A stretch of 56,146 nt of DNA, filler included, from Sluysia triapertura (Eukaryota): assembly GCA_046118255.1 (NCBI GenBank). It is 4 parts of 4 records of this genome, joined end to end, with 100 filler letters (N's around TTAATTAATTAA, not from the genome) between each part and the next. Parts side by side here need not be neighbours in the genome. Positions count along the whole stretch, not along the records: positions 41,466 to 56,146 come from JBJNIA010252195.1; 3 more parts are not named here. One strand, 5' to 3'. The position numbers and the translations under genes were made by a program. Positions 49,746 to 56,146 of the stretch are shown here, one piece after another. Within the stretch, counting starts at the first letter, position 1. Each line of letters begins with the position of its first letter. The notes under the pieces are model-generated. The model was not told the origin of the DNA. It did no database searches and saw only the letters and a list, made by a program, of their open reading frames with translations.

Positions 49746-52700
49746 AAAAATTAATTCGGAAAATATAGTTAGTAAACATTTAATAACATTATTTATTAGT
49801 GTTATTTATATTTTTACAATTTTTATGTTCAAAATTCCACCTTGTTTATTTGTTTAATTTGTCGTTTACAAAATGCCTTAAGCCTACTTTGTTAATTGTT
49901 TACGAGTTCTATTTAAATTCTTTTTCGTTAATTAGAATTTTTTACTTTTCTAATAAAAATTGTAAAACACAAAAAACAAAGTTTAATATTTTTAATAATT
50001 GTTTAAAATTAAAAAAGCCCTCTCCACACAAATACTTCATTTGACCCATGAATCATTATTCTCTTTTCTTTTCTTTATTTTTCAGATTGTTCTACTTTCG
50101 ATTGAAGTCTGATATTTATCCTCCATCGCTAGGAATAAAAACAGGTTGATTACTTAATCATAAAAAGGTATTGTAATCAGCTTCCGGTTTTCATTTTGAT
50201 GGTACTTCTGCTTTTTCAGTTCTATTTTGTTGTCATTAAATTTGTATTCTCATTGTACAAGAAAAGAGTAAGGTTTATAAATAAGAGCATGGACGTTTAA
50301 GGAGAAGTGAAATTAGATTTTATAAAAATTTCATTGTTATTTTAAAATCGTCTTCGTGTTTAATTTTAAGTTTAGAAGGTTTTATGTGTTGAACTTATAG
50401 TGTATTTCGTTTGATGTTTTGTGTAAAAAAAGTGATATTTTGTTGAGTGTGATGTACTGTTTATTTGTTTATGTATGGAATTTTAAACTTAGGCATTTCT
50501 AGATTTTAGGTATAACATTAGATTTTACGTATGATTTTATACCTAATTTTAAATTAAGAAAACTTACGAATTTACAAAAATGAGATAGGAACTGATTATA
50601 AGTTCGAAGCGATAACAAAATTATTTTCCACGGAATGTTAACTTCGGTGGCTGCCAAGATATTTAATCGACAAAGCATTTGTTCAAAAAAACCATTGAAA
50701 TTAATACAATATTTTACGTAAAATTTCAAAACTTAACTCACACGTTCTACCAACCTCGTTATAAGCTTGAGTTTTTAGTCTTTTTTGACTTTATATATAA
50801 ATAAGCATTATGCTCTATTACATCTAGATAATTTAATAGCATAAATTTATTACATTTTTATAATACTGATCAATATATTGTCAGATTTTATTTATATGCT
50901 AGAAATTAGATAATTTTATTATCTATACACAAATTTTTGATAATTTTACTATGTATTTAAGGAGATTTATTGTCTTGTTGAACTTATTATTTAGGTTTGC
51001 TTTTTATTATCTAGATTTGGCCTTAACAAAATTAAGTTATTGTCAATAGGTACCAAAATCAAATTTATAATAACGTAGTACATAAAAATTTGATTAATCA
51101 AACAATTTCTAAGTTTGTAGTGATTTTTCACAGCAAATTTCAAATATTTTAATCATTAAAATACCTCACAAATCAAATTATCCAATTTATTGCTTAGTGA
51201 CTTATTCCTTCTAAATTAACTCAAAATAATTTAAAATGTAAAATTATTGTATAATTTTATTAATATTAAAACAAGTAACTATTAAGTGCTAGTCAATAAT
51301 TATTTCTTGTTTATTATCACAATGACTGAAAATTTGAATGAGTTTTTTTCCTTATTAGGAACAAAATATGAACAACAAAAATCATATTTGCTTGATTAAC
51401 CGTGTAGATTCAATATAAATACTTACAGACAAAGTGAACAGCCAAATGAATTTATATATGCGAAACAGCTTGTAAAAGTGAATAGTAGATTCATCTGCAA
51501 TGATTTAAAAATTAAGTTGAGGTCTAAATACTCGACAACAAAATTAAAAGTTTTATACCTTTATGTGAGAAATCTAAACTTCAAAGGTGATTAGTTTAGT
51601 GGTAAATTGTAAATACAATCAAGTGAATAAAAATTTCAAAACAAAGAAATTATAAGCTATTTGATAGGAATTAATATTCAGAGAATTTTTTTGTTTTAAT
51701 TTTATCTTTATATATATTATATGTATTAATAATGTGAGTCTTCTATGATGGTAGGCTTACACACTTAAGGGACAATTCATAGATGTCAGGATAAAAAGAA
51801 TGTTGCAAGCTCTTTGGAGGTAATTAAAGTGGATATTCGAATGGTTATGATTCATATCCACTATTTAGCGAGATTATTTTTTTTGAAATTTATATGAGAT
51901 CTAAAATGATCCAATGTATACTAAGGTTTAATTTATTATAACAAACTTGTAATTTATTATGCTTTCGTGTATTTTAAGGGTATTTTCAACTATATATATA
52001 ATTAACCATCGTGAAGATTACCTTAAGACTAATTAATATCAAAGAAGGTAAATACGTATTAATATTACAACATATGGAATAAAATAATTTATTATCAAAA
52101 GTAGTAAGGTTGCATAATACAATAATGCTATAATAACAGTATTTACAAACACAAAAATATTAAGAAAAATGATAACGCTATAGTGTTACAATATTCGAAT
52201 AACAAAATCGGAAATGTTACAACGTTCAATATTACAGTATTAGAAGATGTAATGTTATAAGGTCTTTAATATAACAATATTTAAATTCAATATTACTATG
52301 CTATAAGTTATAATGTTAATGTTAATATTACAACGTTTCATATTATAATACATAGGGAAAAATAAAATGTGAAAATCAATAATGTTGTAGCGTGAACTCA
52401 ATTTAGAATTATAATATAATATTAAAGTTTATAATTCGTACATAAGAAAAAATTTAATATTAAATATTATTGTTCAACAATAATAAGTATTTCAAAATTA
52501 AAAAGGATTTTATATCGATAAATAAATTTTACTGAAATTTAAATTAGATTTTAAGTGTATTTGAATTTTATTTTAAATTATTTACCTTAATATAAACGAT
52601 CAATAATTTTCCAAAAATATACTGTGAGGAGACAAATGTAATGATGTATTTTAATGAATTTCCTAAACCAAAATACTTTAAGAACAACTTTTAAAATTAC

Positions 52701-55700
52701 GTCTTTGATATCAAATCAATTTTATAAACAATCAATTCTTAAAAAACTGTTTTTAAAAAGCGTTTTTTAAACTCAACTTATATTAAGTCTGAATATAAGG
52801 TTATTGACCTTTAAACATTTGTGAATTAGTCATTGATGTATGCCTTATGCTTTTTCAAAATAATAATAATAATAATACTTTTAATAAAATAATAGAATGA
52901 TAATAGTAATAATAATACTTTTAACAAAATAATAATATTTTTAATAATAATAATACATAATAACGATAATAACAACTATTAAATTATAAATTAAATTAAA
53001 TTAAAACTATACATTGAATTGAAACTGATTTTATAATCTCATATTTTCAAAATTTACTACATTAAAAATTAAAACGAACATTAAAATATTATACATTAAA
53101 ATATACATTGGATTACATAAAAATATACATTATAGAAAAATTGTGCAAGATAAATATATCCACTATTATCTTTTAGTTGAGAACTATATGTTAATGTTGA
53201 CCATTCTTAAGTAAAATATGAAATATTCTGAATATGTTGGAAGGAAATCTCATTAGAAGATATAATTTCTGTTCTTATTAAAATATGTAAAAACAAATTA
53301 TTTTGATAAGAGAATTAATGAATATATGTTTTATTAAGATTTAAATAGTTTATTTTTATTCAAAATAAATTACAATTAGAAAGAATTACACTTCTTAATT
53401 CTATTCGTATTCAGATCTTGTCCTTTTTAATATTTCTGAATTTATCTTCCAGTTCCCTTAATTCGGTGACAATCTTATTATTTGGATCACCGATTTCGTC
53501 AATCTGCCTTGTAGCTGGTTCAACCATCTTTAATCATACAATAATTGATAAAATCCGTTTTATTTGGTTTTTAGTGAATCATCATATAATGACGGTGTAA
53601 TTATTATGTAATATGTAATAGATTATGTATTGTGTAATACATTACAACAAATATCTCCGTTCAATCAGTGCAGTTATCTTCTGCTGTTGCAGTTTTTTTT
53701 TACTGTACTTTTAATTGAAAATGTTGTTACATTAATATTTTTTGTTTCATGTTCAATTAATCTTTCGATTTTTGTTTTTGTGGATTAATGGGGCACTTAA
53801 ATTTTGTTAGTTTAGTTTCGCGAAGCCTTAAGCCAGCTTTAAATTTCTTAAAATCAAAAACTAATTTAAAGTTGAATAATATGAATAATATGAATATTGA
53901 GATAAAACTAAAAAAACAAAGTATAATTACAGTAGCAAAATAAATAATATCAACTATTTTATATTTTTGAATATACTATTTATTTACCCAAAAGGTGTGG
54001 ATATGACGTGAATTTATGAATAATGTTGTAATGTCTATTTAATGTTATTGTTTCAGTATGTAGATGATTTGTACGATGAAATTATTTGATTACATTATAT
54101 TTATGTATGGACTTCTCGTCTATTTTTCCTTTTATTCTTCTAGAATTTCAGCCACAAGATCTTACATATGTGAGTAAAGTAGAATAAAGATTAAATTGAA
54201 AGTGAGTTCACCAACGTACTTGGACTTACCTGTTAGGGCCAGCCGTTGGATTTTTTTATAATGAGTTACTTAAAGTATAACCTTGACTAAGAATTCCTTT
54301 TCTAACGATTGAGATGTCCTAAACCGTCAAAAACTTTCTGGAGGTTTATTTTAAATATTTTACACGAATCCTATTAAAAGGATTCTTCAACAATTTTTTT
54401 ATTAATATTAAATTAAACAAAAGTTAACTGTCGGGAAGATTTATTATATTTAAGTGTAACTATTTTACAATTATTTATCTTATAAAATAATATAAAATAT
54501 AGTATATTGTATATTTAATATACAATGTTTCGCAAAGGAATTATTTATAAATTCCTGATTTTCTTAGTATTTTATGAAAAAGATTTTACTACGGATCAAT
54601 GAAAAGATCCAAATTGATTATGAATAAATAAATTTAAGTCGATTTTACGAAGATATTATAATAATATCGCTCCTTAATAAAAACAAACTAACGTTAACAA
54701 AGATTCAAAAAAATTTTATTTCGATCCACTATAATATGTATATATTTAAAGTCTTCTTGTCTCTTTGATCCAGGAGAACAGAATCTTCTTATATTGACCA
54801 CAAAAATGAAAGAATTACAAAATAGATTTGAAAAATTTAACTTAAGCAGTTAACTTGTACAATCAATTTTTTGTGATTAATGTTTGCTATTTATATTCTA
54901 GTGAATCGTCCTTGACAAATATTTGAAATTAACAAAATTTAATATTTAAAAAACCAATTTGAAAATTTGAAAATAAACTAATTAACAAAATATTAATAAA
55001 ATTAATAAATTAATAATACTAACAATAATTTTTTTGAAATTTCCAAAATAATAGAATCAATGAAAAATGAGATAATAAAATCAATAAATTTTTCAAAGTT
55101 AAAATCAATTCATCAATAATTATATTAATGTTATATTGTGCATGATTTGTACATTGACCAATAACAATAATTTGTGTTGTGTTTGTACAGACAAAGTGTT
55201 CACACATATATAAATACATATTTTGAATTTAGAAGTGACATATATGCGGAATTGTCTGATGCTCTTTGATGATCATGATTACGACTTTTGTGTTTTATGT
55301 GATTAAAACGGTTTATATTTCTCCTTTTATTTCTTTATAACTCTTAAAATTTCTTTGGTTTTCTACTGAGTCTTAATATTCCATATGATATTACTCAAAT
55401 CAAACATGATAAATTAATTCATTGTGAAAAATAAAATTTATGAAGGCTATGAAATGATTAAGAAACGTATGCTATAAATTGCAAATTTTAAGTAAACTCT
55501 TTGTGTCTACTTTTTTATTGTTCTTACACCACCTTTGCATAAATTCACGTATTATTTGGTATTTGTAAATCATATCTAGATAGGTATATTTAAAGGAAAT
55601 ATGTTATAAATTGTATGAGTATTAAAGTGTATGGTGCACAGCATATAAATGATTACTTATTGAATTCTAAACGCATGATTCGAAGTGACTTTTCTAAATT

Positions 55701-56146
55701 ATTTTAATATTTTAATATTGTGTGAGTATAATTTATTTGAGTTTTAAATGATCAGTAGAATGAATTAGTTAAATGAATTAGGTATTGTAAAATGTGAATT
55801 TTCTTCTGGGAAATATTGTTATTATGCATTCTAGAAAAGTGTGAATCTGAAGTTGGTTCAACAAGCTATGCTGTGCTCTTACTCTAATATGGTATTCATA
55901 TGAATTGTTTCAATTAATGAATTTATCTAATTTCATGTTCCTGTTAAGTGATTTTAGTCTTAAAATGTTTAGTGACATTGTGAGTTGCTTGATTGTAAAT
56001 GTTTAAAGATTTAGAATGCAAGAAAGACTAGGATTTATTGTTTGTTGATTTTGTAATATGACATAATTAGTTGAACAACCGTAATTATTATTATTCTCTT
56101 ATTGATTTACTTTACTTACAGAAAACAAAAAATCCTATCATAATGC

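Overview
Very AT-rich (by eye about 20-25% GC), repeat-dense eukaryotic genomic DNA. It is almost certainly animal, given a progranulin with the metazoan exon pattern, an invadolysin-type M8 protease, a Rap/RasGEF exon and multi-kb spliceosomal introns. Three artificial 44N-TTAATTAATTAA-44N linkers join four pieces, so adjacency across those joins is not guaranteed. Genes read from the sequence: (1) three phase-0 exons of a progranulin on the minus strand (9110-9193, 5342-5434, 1757-2077), with a probable GC-AG intron, continuing off the left edge; (2) two exons of an unidentified minus-strand gene, also apparently using a GC donor; (3) an intronless 603-aa ALDH16A1-like protein lacking the catalytic Cys motif; (4) a 210-codon orphan ORF; (5) a CDC25/RasGEF exon; (6) an intronless leishmanolysin/invadolysin gene split by a 1-nt frameshift. 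Mobile DNA includes Tigger/pogo, Tc1-mariner, hAT, piggyBac-like (carrying a perfect 6-unit heat-shock element), LINE remnants and an unclassified ~1.8-kb repeat in four copies. The most interesting system has two parts. One is a family of tRNA-derived modules bracketed by TGTTAGAC...GTCTAACA inverted ends and linked by a conserved spacer. The other is a Ulp1(C48)-protease plus RT-domain-0 (NeSL-like) retrotransposon fragment whose 5' junction interrupts one of these modules in its A-box. All calls come from manual reading and motif recognition; no searches were run.
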